The position numbers and the translations under genes are program-made. From positions 10,574 to 74,573 of the forward strand of contig CAIXGU010000272.1 of NCBI GenBank assembly GCA_903919045.1: DNA of 64,000 bases. The letters are read 5' to 3'. The notes beneath the pieces were generated by a model. It saw only the letters and a program-made list of their open reading frames with translations, had not been told where the DNA came from and did no database searches. This DNA is from an uncultured Eubacteriales bacterium (GTDB taxonomy: Bacteria > Bacillota > Clostridia > Saccharofermentanales > UBA5734). Positions 1 through 9,396 of the stretch are shown piece by piece. Every line of letters starts with the position of its first letter. The stretch's first letter is position 1.

Positions 1-12
1 AGGGGAGCGGCC

Positions 13-864
13 ATGCGGACCCTCGAGCGCATCGGAACGGTCGTCTCGTCCGGATTCATCGCCCCGGAGCAGGCGCGGCTCGTCGTGCACGCCCCGGACG
101 CGGCGGCGGAGGTGCGGCCCGGCCAGTTCGCCATGCTGGACTGCACCCCGCTTCCGGCGTCGTCGGACGCTGCAGGCGGCATCCTCCCGAAGGACGCGGC
201 TCAGCGCGCGCCGTTCCTGCGCCGACCGATCAGCTTCTGCGACGCCGACCGCGTCGCGGGCACCGTGACGTTCGTCTTCCGCACGTCCGGCACCGGCACG
301 CGCGCCCTCTCGAGGCTCCGCGCCGGCGACCGCCTGTCCTTCCTCGGCCCCCTCGGCCACGGCTTCGCGCTCCCGGAGACGGGGACGCTGGTCGCGGTGG
401 GCGGCGGCATCGGCGTCTACCCGCTCCTCCTCCTGCTCCGCGACGCGCGCGCGAAGGGGCTCGGCACCGTCGCCGCGTGCGGCTACCGCAGCCCGGCGCT
501 CGCGTTCCTCCTGGACGACTTCCGCGACGTCTCCGACGCGACCTGCTTCGCCTCCGACACCGGCGGGCTCGACTTCGCGGGCCACGCCGCGGACGCCTTC
601 GCCGACCTCCTCTCGCGCGGGCTGCCCGGACCGGTGTCCGTCGCGACCTGCGGGCCCGCTCCGATGATGCGGGCGGTCGCGGCCCGGTGCGCATCCAGCG
701 GGATCCCCTGCCAGGCCTCGCTCGAGGAGCGGATGGCCTGCGGGACCGGCATCTGCCTCGTCTGCGCCTGCAAGGTGAAGGCCGCCGCGAGCGGAGAGGC
801 CGAATACAAGCGCTGCTGCACCGAAGGCCCCGTGTTCGACGCGCAGGAGGTCGCCTGGGAATGA
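13..864 (+). CDS. pyrK: Dihydroorotate dehydrogenase (class 1B) electron-transfer subunit
   Basis: 283-aa ORF with ferredoxin-reductase-like layout and a C-terminal 2Fe-2S Cys cluster (CGTGICLVCAC...RCC). Its stop overlaps the pyrD start (ATGA at 861-864). Confidence 0.9.
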   Translation: MRTLERIGTVVSSGFIAPEQARLVVHAPDAAAEVRPGQFAMLDCTPLPASSDAAGGILPKDAAQRAPFLRRPISFCDADRVAGTVTFVFRTSGTGTRALSRLRAGDRLSFLGPLGHGFALPETGTLVAVGGGIGVYPLLLLLRDARAKGLGTVAACGYRSPALAFLLDDFRDVSDATCFASDTGGLDFAGHAADAFADLLSRGLPGPVSVATCGPAPMMRAVAARCASSGIPCQASLEERMACGTGICLVCACKVKAAASGEAEYKRCCTEGPVFDAQEVAWE

Positions 865-1781
865 GCGCTCCGGTCGACCTCTCCGTCCGCGTCGGGACGC
901 TGTCCCTGAAGAACCCGGTGATCGCGGCGTCCGGCACGACCGGCTTCGGCCGCGAGATGGCCGACGTCCTCGACCTGTCGCGCCTCGGGGCGATCTGCTC
1001 GAAGGGCGTCACCCTCGAGCCGCGGCGCGGCAACCTGCCGCCGCGCGTCGCCGAGACGGCCTCCGGGATGCTGAACGCCGTGGGCCTGCAGAATCCCGGG
1101 CTCGACCGCTTCCTCGAGGAGGACCTGCCGTTCCTCCTCGGGCGCGGGACCGCCGTCGTCGTGAACGTCGCCGGGAATACGGCCGAGGACTACCAGGAGC
1201 TGTGCCGTCGCCTCGACGCGACCGGCTGCGACGCGATCGAGCTCAACCTGTCGTGCCCGAACGTCAAGGAGGGCTGCATGGCCTTCGGCAGCACGCCGGC
1301 CGGCGTGCGCGCCCTCGTGCGCGCCGTGCGGCCGCTGACCCGCAAGCCCCTCTGGGTCAAGCTCACGCCGAACACCGGCAGCGTCGCGGAGACCGCCCGG
1401 GCCGCCGAGGCCGAGGGCGCGGACGCCGTGAGCCTCGTCAACACGCTGCTCGGGATGGCCGTGGACGCGCGCACGCGCCGCCCGGTCCTGCGGAACAACA
1501 CCGGCGGGCTCTCCGGCCCGGCGATCAAGCCCGTCGCCCTGCGGATGGTCCACGAGGCCTTCCAGGCCGTGGGCATCCCCGTCGTCGGGATGGGCGGCAT
1601 CATGACCGGGGAGGACGCCGCGGAGTTCCTCCTGTGCGGTGCCTCGGCCGTCCAGGTGGGCACCGCGGGCCTCGTCCGGCCGTCGGCGTTCGTCTCGGTC
1701 GCCGACGAGCTCGCGGATTTCGCCCGGGAGACGGGCTGCTCTCGCATCGCGGACCTCGTCGGCGCGCTGCGTCCCTGGTAG
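861..1781 (+). CDS. pyrD: Dihydroorotate dehydrogenase class 1B catalytic subunit
   Basis: 306 aa from the internal Met of ORF 477-1781. N-terminus is MSAPVDLSVRVGTLSLKNPVIAASGTTGFG. Motifs NLSCPN, GGLSGPAIKP and GMGGI are present. Translationally coupled to pyrK. Confidence 0.92.
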   Translation: MSAPVDLSVRVGTLSLKNPVIAASGTTGFGREMADVLDLSRLGAICSKGVTLEPRRGNLPPRVAETASGMLNAVGLQNPGLDRFLEEDLPFLLGRGTAVVVNVAGNTAEDYQELCRRLDATGCDAIELNLSCPNVKEGCMAFGSTPAGVRALVRAVRPLTRKPLWVKLTPNTGSVAETARAAEAEGADAVSLVNTLLGMAVDARTRRPVLRNNTGGLSGPAIKPVALRMVHEAFQAVGIPVVGMGGIMTGEDAAEFLLCGASAVQVGTAGLVRPSAFVSVADELADFARETGCSRIADLVGALRPW

Positions 1782-1801
1782 CAGGGAAGGGAGGACCCTC
1801 C

Positions 1802-2668
1802 ATGGAACGGAACCCCATCCTCGAAGGCCTCTTCGCCACCCAGGCCGTGCAGGTCTCGCCGCCGGACGCGCCCTTCTGGTACACGTCGGGCAAGTTCGGC
1901 CCCTACTACGTGAACACGCACTACCTCTTCGGCGGACGGAAGTCCGCGGAGGAGGCGCTCGCCGCGATCGACGCGGCCGTGCTCGACCGGGCGTCCTGCC
2001 CGGGCCGCCTCCGGACGCTCTTCCTCGAGGGCTACGCCCGCGATCCCGTCTACCGGACCTGCATCGATGCGCTCTGCGACGCCGTGCGCCGGATCCAGCC
2101 GGACCGCCCGCCGCGGCTCCTGTCCGGCGGCGAGCGCCGGGACTGGTACTTCAGCCTGCCCGTGGCCGACCGCCTGGGGCTGCCGCACGTCAGCCTCTTC
2201 AAGGACGGGGAGGCCTGGCTCTCGGAGCCGGGCTCCGCCGCGCCCGCACGGAAGCTCGCGCCGGGCTCCCTGCAGGACCTGCGCGCCGTCCACGTCGTCG
2301 ACATCGTGACCGAGGCGTCGAGCTTCCTCCGCGCCTGGATCCCGTTCCTCCAGGGCCTCGGCGCCGTCTTCGAGGACGCCCTGACCGTAGTCGACCGCGT
2401 CCAGGGAGGCACCGAAGCCCTCGCCGAGCACGGCGTCCGGCTGCACGCCCTCGCGCGCGTCACGCCGCCGCTCTTCCATGAAGCCGCGGAGGCCGGGCAC
2501 ATCACCGCCGCCCAGGCCGACCTTGCCGTCCGCTTCACGGGCGACCCCGACGGCTTCCTGCGTTCCTTCCTCGCGGAGCATCCCGGCTTCCTCGACCGGA
2601 CGCTGGCGCTCGGCGGCAAGAACGCCGAGAAGGCGAAGCTCGGCCGCGAGAAGGGATTCTATGGCTGA
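1802..2668 (+). CDS. Orotate phosphoribosyltransferase-like (type I PRTase family) protein, divergent
   Basis: 288 aa from Met201 of ORF 1202-2668, with RBS GGAAGGGAGGA upstream. The N-terminus resembles PyrE (QAVQVSPPDAPFWYTSGKFGPYYVN). The PRPP-loop-like segment VHVVDIVTEASS is degenerate. It sits where pyrE would follow pyrD. Confidence 0.6.
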   Translation: MERNPILEGLFATQAVQVSPPDAPFWYTSGKFGPYYVNTHYLFGGRKSAEEALAAIDAAVLDRASCPGRLRTLFLEGYARDPVYRTCIDALCDAVRRIQPDRPPRLLSGGERRDWYFSLPVADRLGLPHVSLFKDGEAWLSEPGSAAPARKLAPGSLQDLRAVHVVDIVTEASSFLRAWIPFLQGLGAVFEDALTVVDRVQGGTEALAEHGVRLHALARVTPPLFHEAAEAGHITAAQADLAVRFTGDPDGFLRSFLAEHPGFLDRTLALGGKNAEKAKLGREKGFYG

Positions 2669-3386
2669 CGCCCCGCGCCCGTCCGCGGCGCCCCTTCCGT
2701 ACGACGTGGTCCGCTCCCGCCGCCGCACGCTCGTCCTGCACGTCCTCCCGGGCGGCCGGCTCGAGGTGCGCGCGCCGCTGCGCATGGCGGACCGGCGCAT
2801 CGCGGAGTTCGTGGAATCGAAGCGCGGCTGGGTGGTGAAGGTCCTCGCCCGGACGGACCGCGACCCCGGCCGCGTGATCTGGCGCGAGCCCGGGCCGTCG
2901 CACGGCGACGCCGTCCCCCTCCGCGGCCTGCCGCATCGCGTCGCGCTCGCGCCGCAGGCCGGGCGCCGGGACATCGCCTGCGCGCTGCTGCCGCCGTCGG
3001 ACGACGCGCCGCCGATCCTGCGCGTCCCCGTCTCCGACGACCCCGCCTCGGCCGGGACGCGCCTGCTCGCCTTCTATCGGAGCGACCTCGAAGCGCGCGT
3101 CGCCGCGATGCTGCCCGGCGCCGTGGGGCGCTGCGGGGCCATCCCGTCGGCGATCGGCTACCGGTCCCTCCGCTCCCGCTGGGGGAGCTGCGCCCGCGAC
3201 GGGCGGATCGTCCTCAACGTGCTGTGCGCGGCGCTCCCGGACGACCTCGTCGAATACGTCCTCTGCCACGAGCTGTGCCACCTGCGGCACCTCGACCATT
3301 CGCGCGCCTTCTGGAACGCGCTGGCGCGCGCCCTGCCGGATGCGCAGGCCCGGCGCCACGCCCTGCGAGGCTGGTATCTGCGCTAG
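2661..3386 (+). CDS. DUF45 / YgjP-like M48-family zinc metallohydrolase
   Basis: 241 aa from Met62 of ORF 2478-3386. Carries the HExxH-type motif CHELCHLRHLDHSRAFW near the C-terminus. Overlaps the upstream gene by 8 nt. Confidence 0.75.
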   Translation: MADAPRPSAAPLPYDVVRSRRRTLVLHVLPGGRLEVRAPLRMADRRIAEFVESKRGWVVKVLARTDRDPGRVIWREPGPSHGDAVPLRGLPHRVALAPQAGRRDIACALLPPSDDAPPILRVPVSDDPASAGTRLLAFYRSDLEARVAAMLPGAVGRCGAIPSAIGYRSLRSRWGSCARDGRIVLNVLCAALPDDLVEYVLCHELCHLRHLDHSRAFWNALARALPDAQARRHALRGWYLR

Positions 3387-3441
3387 CCCATCTGCTATCA
3401 TGGGTGGGAAGTAACAGGGAAACGGAGCGGCCGGCCCCGAC

Positions 3442-4866
3442 GTGGAGCGCAAGGAACGGATTGTCCCCGATGCGGAGATCGCGCGCCAGCGACGGATCAT
3501 GGCCGAGGTGCGGGCCATGGCCGGGCCGCTGGGCCTGCGCTTCCACGTCCTCACGTTCGGCTGCCAGCTCAACGAGAACGACTCCGAAAAGCTCGCCGGG
3601 ATGCTCGCCGAGATGGGCTATTCCGAGGCCGCGGGCCCGGAGGAGGCCGACCTCGTGGTCGTCAACACCTGCAGCGTCCGGGAGGGCGCGGACGGCCGAT
3701 TCTTCGGCCACCTCGGCCTTCTGGCGAACCTCAAGGAGAAGAGCCGCCCCGGGATGCTCGTCGCGGTGTGCGGCTGCATGATGAAGCAGTCCGTGCACCT
3801 GGAGCGTGTCCGGAAGAGCCACCCCTTCGTGGACATCGCCTTCGGCACCTCCGACCTCCACCGCTTCCCGGAGCTCCTCCAGCGCCGGCTGAGCGGTACG
3901 CGCCGCGTCTTCGAGGTCGGGGACGAGGACGCGATCGCCGAAGGGCTCCCGGTCGTCCGCGGCTTCCGCTTCCGCGCCCTCGCGACCGTGATGTACGGGT
4001 GCGACAACTTCTGCACCTACTGCATCGTCCCGTACGTGCGCGGACGCGAGCGGAGCCGCCCGCTGCCCCTCGTGCTCGACGAACTCCGGCGCCTCGCCGC
4101 GGAAGGGTACCCGGAGATCCTGCTCCTCGGCCAGAACGTGAACGCCTACGGCAAGGACCTCGGAGGGGCGGACTTCCCCGTGCTCCTCGAGGAGGCCGGC
4201 CGGATCCAGGGCCTGCGCCGCGTTCGCTTCATGACGTCCCACCCCAAGGACATGTCCGTCCGGCTGCTGGACGCGATGGCCCGCAGTCCCAACGCCTGCC
4301 CGCATCTGCACCTGCCGCTGCAGTCGGGGAGCGACGACGTGCTGCGCCGGATGAATCGCGGCTATGGTCGGGACCAGTACCTCGGCCTCGTCGCGGAGGC
4401 GCGCCGCCGGATTCCCGGACTCGCGGTGACGACGGACCTGATCGTCGGCTTTCCCGGCGAGACCGAGCGCGACTTCGAGGACACGCTCGACCTGATGGAC
4501 CGCATCCGCTTCGACGGCGCCTTCACGTTCCAGTTCTCGCCGCGACCGGGGACGCCCGCCGCCGATATGGAAGGCCCGATCGATGCCGCGACGGTCACGG
4601 ACCGCTTCGACCGGCTTGTCGCCCTGCAGAACGCGCATTCCCTCGCGTCGAACCGCACGGTCGAGGGCACGGTCCAGGAAGTCCTCGTCGAGGGGTCCGA
4701 CGGGGCCGGCACCGGACGGGCGAGCGGGCGCACGCCGCACAACCGCCTGGTGCACTTCCGCGTGCCGGACGGCACGGCGCCGCCGCCCGAAGGTGCCTTC
4801 GCCCGCGTTCGCATCGAGCGCGCGCGGACGTTCACGCTCGACGGAACATGGGAGGGACCCGCATGA
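3442..4866 (+). CDS. miaB: tRNA-2-methylthio-N6-dimethylallyladenosine synthase
   Basis: 474 aa with a GTG start. Has FGCQLNENDSE in the N-domain, radical-SAM CDNFCTYC and a TRAM-like C-terminus. Sits upstream of mutS as in other Firmicutes. An alternative ATG start lies about 20 codons in. Confidence 0.9.
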   Translation: MERKERIVPDAEIARQRRIMAEVRAMAGPLGLRFHVLTFGCQLNENDSEKLAGMLAEMGYSEAAGPEEADLVVVNTCSVREGADGRFFGHLGLLANLKEKSRPGMLVAVCGCMMKQSVHLERVRKSHPFVDIAFGTSDLHRFPELLQRRLSGTRRVFEVGDEDAIAEGLPVVRGFRFRALATVMYGCDNFCTYCIVPYVRGRERSRPLPLVLDELRRLAAEGYPEILLLGQNVNAYGKDLGGADFPVLLEEAGRIQGLRRVRFMTSHPKDMSVRLLDAMARSPNACPHLHLPLQSGSDDVLRRMNRGYGRDQYLGLVAEARRRIPGLAVTTDLIVGFPGETERDFEDTLDLMDRIRFDGAFTFQFSPRPGTPAADMEGPIDAATVTDRFDRLVALQNAHSLASNRTVEGTVQEVLVEGSDGAGTGRASGRTPHNRLVHFRVPDGTAPPPEGAFARVRIERARTFTLDGTWEGPA

Positions 4867-7565
4867 GCCCGCAGGCCGGGACCGCCCCGATGCCGGCGAC
4901 CGCGCCGAGCACGCCGATGATGCAGCAGTACTTCGAGCTGAAGCGCCGCTGGCCGGACTGCCTGCTGTTCTTCCGGCTCGGGGATTTCTACGAGATGTTC
5001 TTCGACGACGCGAAGACGGCGTCCCGCGAGCTCGAGCTCACGCTCACCGGGCGCGACTGCGGCCTCGAGGAGCGCGCCCCCATGTGCGGCGTGCCGTTCC
5101 ACGCCGCGGATTCGTACATCGCGCGGCTGGTCGCGCGCGGCTACAAGGTCGCCGTCTGCGAGCAGACCGAGGACCCGGCGCTCGCGAAGGGCCTCGTGCG
5201 CCGCGACGTGATCCGCGTCGTGTCGCCCGGCACCGTCACCGACGCCGCTTCGCTCGAAGAGCGCCGCAACAACTGGATCCTGTCGGTCTACCGGGCGGGC
5301 CGCGTCTTCGGCCTCGCCGCCGCCGACCTGACGACCGGCCTCGTCGACGCCACGATGCTCGTAACCGGCGCGACCGAGAGCAAGCTCCTCGACGAGATCG
5401 CCCGCTACGCGCCGTCGGAGATCGTCTCGAACCCCGCCTTCCACGAGGACGCGGACCTGCGCGCCCGCCTCGCCGCCCGCACCGGCGCCTACCTGAGCCC
5501 GCTGCCGGAATCGGCCTTCGCCGAGGCGACGACCGACGCCGCCCTGGCGCGCCTGCTGCCGCTCGAACTGCGCGAGGCCCGCGACGCGAACCCGTCCTCC
5601 ACGGTCCTCTGGGGCCAGGCGGCCGGCGCGCTCGTCGGCTACCTCGCGGAGACCCAGCGGACGGACCCCTCGCACCTGCGTCCGCTTCATCTCTACGCCG
5701 TCGACGATTTCATGGCCCTCGACGCGACCGCCCGCCGCAACCTCGAGATCGTGGAATCCCTGCGGGACCGGGGCCGGCGTGGCACGCTCCTGTGGGCCGT
5801 CGACCGCACCGTCACGTCGATGGGAGGGCGCCTGATGCGCCGCACGCTCGAGCAGCCCCTCCTGAACGTCCACGACATCCGCCAGCGGCAGGACGCCGTG
5901 CAGGAGCTCGCGGAGCGCTTCCTCGACCGGCAGGAGCTGCGCGAGGCGCTGAAGGGCCTCGGCGACGTCGAGCGCCTGACATCGAAGGCGGCGCTCGGGA
6001 CGATGAACGCCCGCGAGGCCGTCGCGCTGCGGACCGCGCTCGGTCGGCTGCCGTACCTGAAGGATCTCGCCGGTCGCTTCGCCGGGACGCTCCTCACCGA
6101 GACCGCGGAGCGGCTCGACGCCCTGGCCGACCTGTCGGACCTGCTCGAGCGCGCGCTGGCCGACGACCCGCCGATCGGTCTCAAGGAGGGCGGGCTGCTC
6201 CGCACCGGATTCGACGCCGACGTCGACCGTCTCCGCTCCGCCACGACGGAAGGGAAGGACTGGATCGCGGCGCTCGAGGCGACGGAGAGGGACCGCACCG
6301 GCATCCGCAGCCTCAAGGTCGGCTACAACCGCGTCTTCGGCTACTACATCGACGTCACGAAGCCCAACCTTGCGCAGGTCCCGGACGACTACCAGCGCCG
6401 TCAGACCACGGCGAACGGGGAGCGATACATCACGCCCGCCCTGAAGGAGATGGAGGACACGATCCTCGGCGCCGAGCAGAAATCCGTCGCGCGCGAGTAC
6501 GAGCTCTTCACCGGGGTGCGGGATCGGATCGCGGAGGCGGCCTCGCGCCTGCTCGCGACCGCGTCGTCCGTGTCCGCGCTCGACGTCTTCGCCGCGCTGG
6601 CCGAGGTCGCCGACCGGGAAGGCTACTGCCGGCCCGAGGTCGACCTGTCCGACGCCCTCGAGATCGAGGAGGGCCGCCACCCCGTCGTCGAGCAGGTGCT
6701 GGGCGCTGGCCGCTTCGTCCCGAACGGCACGTGGATGGACCTCGCGGAGCACCGCCTGATGATCCTCACGGGCCCCAACATGGCCGGCAAGTCGACGTAC
6801 ATGCGCCAGGTGGCGCTGATCGCGCTCCTCGCGCAGACCGGATCCTTCGTGCCGGCGAAGCGGGCGCGCATCGGCGTCGTCGACCGGATCTTCACGCGGG
6901 TCGGAGCCTCCGACGACCTCGCGTCCGGCCAGTCGACGTTCATGGTGGAGATGTCCGAAGTCGCCGCGATCCTCGCGCACGCGACGCGCCGGAGCCTGCT
7001 CGTCCTCGACGAGATCGGGCGCGGCACGAGCACGTACGACGGCCTGTCGATCGCCTGGGCCGTGATCGAGCACGTCTCCGACCCCGAGGAGATCGGCGCG
7101 CGGACCCTGTTCGCGACCCACTACCACGAGCTCACCGACCTCGAGGGCCTGGTGCCGGGCGTCGTGAATTACCGTGTCGCAGTCGACGAGACGACGGGCG
7201 AGGTCGTCTTCCTGCACCGGATCGAGCGCGGCGGTTCGGACGACAGCTACGGCATCGAGGTCGCGCGGCTCGCCGGCGTGCCCGACGCGGTCGTGCAGCG
7301 CGCGAAGGAGCTCCTCGCGACGCTCGAGCGCGAGAACGGCGGGCGCGACCGCCTGAAGGTCCGGAAAGGCGCGCGGCCGATGGACGGGCAGATCGATCTC
7401 TTCTCGGCATCGATGGCCCTGCGGTCGGCCGACGGGCTGCTCGACGAGCTGAAGGCGATGGACGTGACGAAGATGACGCCGCTCGACGCCTTGAACGCGC
7501 TGCACGACCTGCAGCAGCGGGCGCGGAAGAGCGCGCGGAACGGACGGAGGCCCGAGGATGGGTAG
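4863..7565 (+). CDS. mutS: DNA mismatch repair protein MutS
   Basis: 900 aa from ATG 4863, in an ATGA overlap with the miaB stop. N-terminus contains MMQQYFELK..FFRLGDFYEMFF and Walker A is GPNMAGKST. The 365-codon upstream extension of the ORF is Arg/Pro-rich and overlaps miaB. Confidence 0.95.
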   Translation: MSPQAGTAPMPATAPSTPMMQQYFELKRRWPDCLLFFRLGDFYEMFFDDAKTASRELELTLTGRDCGLEERAPMCGVPFHAADSYIARLVARGYKVAVCEQTEDPALAKGLVRRDVIRVVSPGTVTDAASLEERRNNWILSVYRAGRVFGLAAADLTTGLVDATMLVTGATESKLLDEIARYAPSEIVSNPAFHEDADLRARLAARTGAYLSPLPESAFAEATTDAALARLLPLELREARDANPSSTVLWGQAAGALVGYLAETQRTDPSHLRPLHLYAVDDFMALDATARRNLEIVESLRDRGRRGTLLWAVDRTVTSMGGRLMRRTLEQPLLNVHDIRQRQDAVQELAERFLDRQELREALKGLGDVERLTSKAALGTMNAREAVALRTALGRLPYLKDLAGRFAGTLLTETAERLDALADLSDLLERALADDPPIGLKEGGLLRTGFDADVDRLRSATTEGKDWIAALEATERDRTGIRSLKVGYNRVFGYYIDVTKPNLAQVPDDYQRRQTTANGERYITPALKEMEDTILGAEQKSVAREYELFTGVRDRIAEAASRLLATASSVSALDVFAALAEVADREGYCRPEVDLSDALEIEEGRHPVVEQVLGAGRFVPNGTWMDLAEHRLMILTGPNMAGKSTYMRQVALIALLAQTGSFVPAKRARIGVVDRIFTRVGASDDLASGQSTFMVEMSEVAAILAHATRRSLLVLDEIGRGTSTYDGLSIAWAVIEHVSDPEEIGARTLFATHYHELTDLEGLVPGVVNYRVAVDETTGEVVFLHRIERGGSDDSYGIEVARLAGVPDAVVQRAKELLATLERENGGRDRLKVRKGARPMDGQIDLFSASMALRSADGLLDELKAMDVTKMTPLDALNALHDLQQRARKSARNGRRPEDG

Positions 7566-9396
7566 GATCCGGCAGCTGGACGAGCAGACGGCGAACGGCA
7601 TCGCGGCGGGCGAGGTCGTCGAGCGGCCCGCCTCCGTCGTGAAGGAGCTGTGCGAGAACGCGATCGACGCGGAGGCCTCGGTCCTCTCGATCGAGATCCG
7701 CGGCGGCGGCATCCAGGAGCTCTCCGTCACCGATGACGGCGTCGGGATGGACCCGGACGACGCGCTCGCGGCCTTCGGGCGGCACGCGACGAGCAAGATC
7801 GCCACGCTCGAGGACCTCGACCGCATCGGGACGCTGGGCTTCCGTGGCGAGGCGCTCGCGAGCATCGCGGCCGTCGCCCGCGTGGCGCTCACGACGCGGC
7901 GCATCGGCGCGGAGTCGGGCACGGTCGTCCGCATCGAGGGCGGCAAGGTGCTGCAGAACGGCCCCGCGGGCGGTCCCGAGGGCACGCGCATCGTCGTCTC
8001 GAACCTGTTCTACAATGTCCCGGCGCGCTACAAGTTCCTGAAGAAGGACGCCACCGAGGCGGCGCAGATCGCGGACGTCGTCGGGCGGATGGCCCTCGCG
8101 CGTCCGGGGGTCTCCTTCCGGCTCGTGTCGAACGGCGCCGAGGTGCTGCGCACGCCGGGCAACAACGACCTGAAGAGCGCGATCTTCGCCGTCTACGGAC
8201 GCGAGGCCGCCGAAGGGCTGGTGCCGGTCCAGGGCGGCGACGACGCGGTGAAGGTCGCCGGGTTCGTCGGCCTGCCGGCCTTCCCGCGGAAGTCGCGCGC
8301 CGCGCAGACCCTGTTCGTGAACGGCCGTCTCGTCCGCTCCCGCGCGGTTTCCTCCGCGCTCGACCGGGCCTACGAGACGCTCCTGATGAAGGACCGCTAC
8401 GCGTTCGCCGTCCTGTCGCTGACCCTGCCGCCGAGCCTCGTCGACGTGAACGTGCATCCGCAGAAGATGGAGGTGCGCTTCTGGAACGAAGGCGCTGTCT
8501 TCTCCGCGGTGCATGCGGCGGTCCGGGACGCGCTGCGCGCGGGCCTCGCGATCCCGGAGGCGCCGCAGCAGGGCAGGGAGGAGGCGACCTCCCCCGAGGA
8601 CCGCGTAGCGCCGGCGCGGCCTCCCGTCTATGAGCAGGTCCCGATCGCCCCGCTGCCGCTCCGCGACAATGCGTCCCTCGCCGGTTCCGACCGCCCGGCC
8701 GCCGGTGCTTCCGCGCCGTCCGCGCCGCAACCGCAACCTGCGACGCCGGTCCAGCCTGCGTCCCCCCCCGCGGAGGCCCCGGCAACCGGCATGCCTTCCG
8801 CCGCGCCGCGCGTGTCCGACCTCGTCGCCGCGCGCCTGATCGGCACGCTGTTCGACACCTACCTCCTCCTGCAGCTCGACGACGACCTGCTCCTCATCGA
8901 CCAGCACGCCGCGCACGAGCGCATCCTCTACGAGCGCCTCGTGGAGCGCGTCGAGCGGCGGGAGACGGCCGCGCAGCCCCTGCTGGTCCCGCTGGTCGTC
9001 GAGATGGGCCCGGCCGCCCAGGCCGCCGCGCTCGCGTCCGCCGACGCCCTCCGCGGTCTCGGCTTCGACTTCGACGCCTTCGGCCCGCATTCCGTCGCCT
9101 TGCGCGCCGTGCCCGTGCCGTACCGAGCCCTCGACCCGAAGGCCGCCTTCCTGGCTGCCGTGGACGGACTCGAGCACGTCTCGCCCCAGGATCCCGAGTC
9201 GATCCGCGAGATGCTGCACACCGTGGCCTGCAAGGCGGCCGTCAAGGCGCACGACGTCCTCGACGCCACCGAGGCAGAGGCGCTGCTCGCCGATCTCCGG
9301 GCCATCGAGAATCCCTACACCTGCCCCCACGGGCGGCCGGTCGTGATCCGCATGCCGCGGCGCGAGCTCGAGAAGCGCTTCAAGAGGATCGTCTGA
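7558..9396 (+). CDS. mutL: DNA mismatch repair protein MutL (endonuclease type)
   Basis: 612 aa with a GHKL ATPase N-terminus (VVKELCENAIDA). The C-terminal domain has DQHAAHERILYE. Overlaps the mutS end by 8 nt. Confidence 0.95.
   Translation: MGRIRQLDEQTANGIAAGEVVERPASVVKELCENAIDAEASVLSIEIRGGGIQELSVTDDGVGMDPDDALAAFGRHATSKIATLEDLDRIGTLGFRGEALASIAAVARVALTTRRIGAESGTVVRIEGGKVLQNGPAGGPEGTRIVVSNLFYNVPARYKFLKKDATEAAQIADVVGRMALARPGVSFRLVSNGAEVLRTPGNNDLKSAIFAVYGREAAEGLVPVQGGDDAVKVAGFVGLPAFPRKSRAAQTLFVNGRLVRSRAVSSALDRAYETLLMKDRYAFAVLSLTLPPSLVDVNVHPQKMEVRFWNEGAVFSAVHAAVRDALRAGLAIPEAPQQGREEATSPEDRVAPARPPVYEQVPIAPLPLRDNASLAGSDRPAAGASAPSAPQPQPATPVQPASPPAEAPATGMPSAAPRVSDLVAARLIGTLFDTYLLLQLDDDLLLIDQHAAHERILYERLVERVERRETAAQPLLVPLVVEMGPAAQAAALASADALRGLGFDFDAFGPHSVALRAVPVPYRALDPKAAFLAAVDGLEHVSPQDPESIREMLHTVACKAAVKAHDVLDATEAEALLADLRAIENPYTCPHGRPVVIRMPRRELEKRFKRIV

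Noticed and set aside
4362-7991. 1209-aa minus-strand ORF covering mutS and the mutL 5' end
   Set aside because: It is antisense to two strongly supported genes. The translation is Arg/Pro/Gly/Ala-rich low complexity with no recognisable motif. This is the typical stop-codon-poor shadow frame of very GC-rich DNA.
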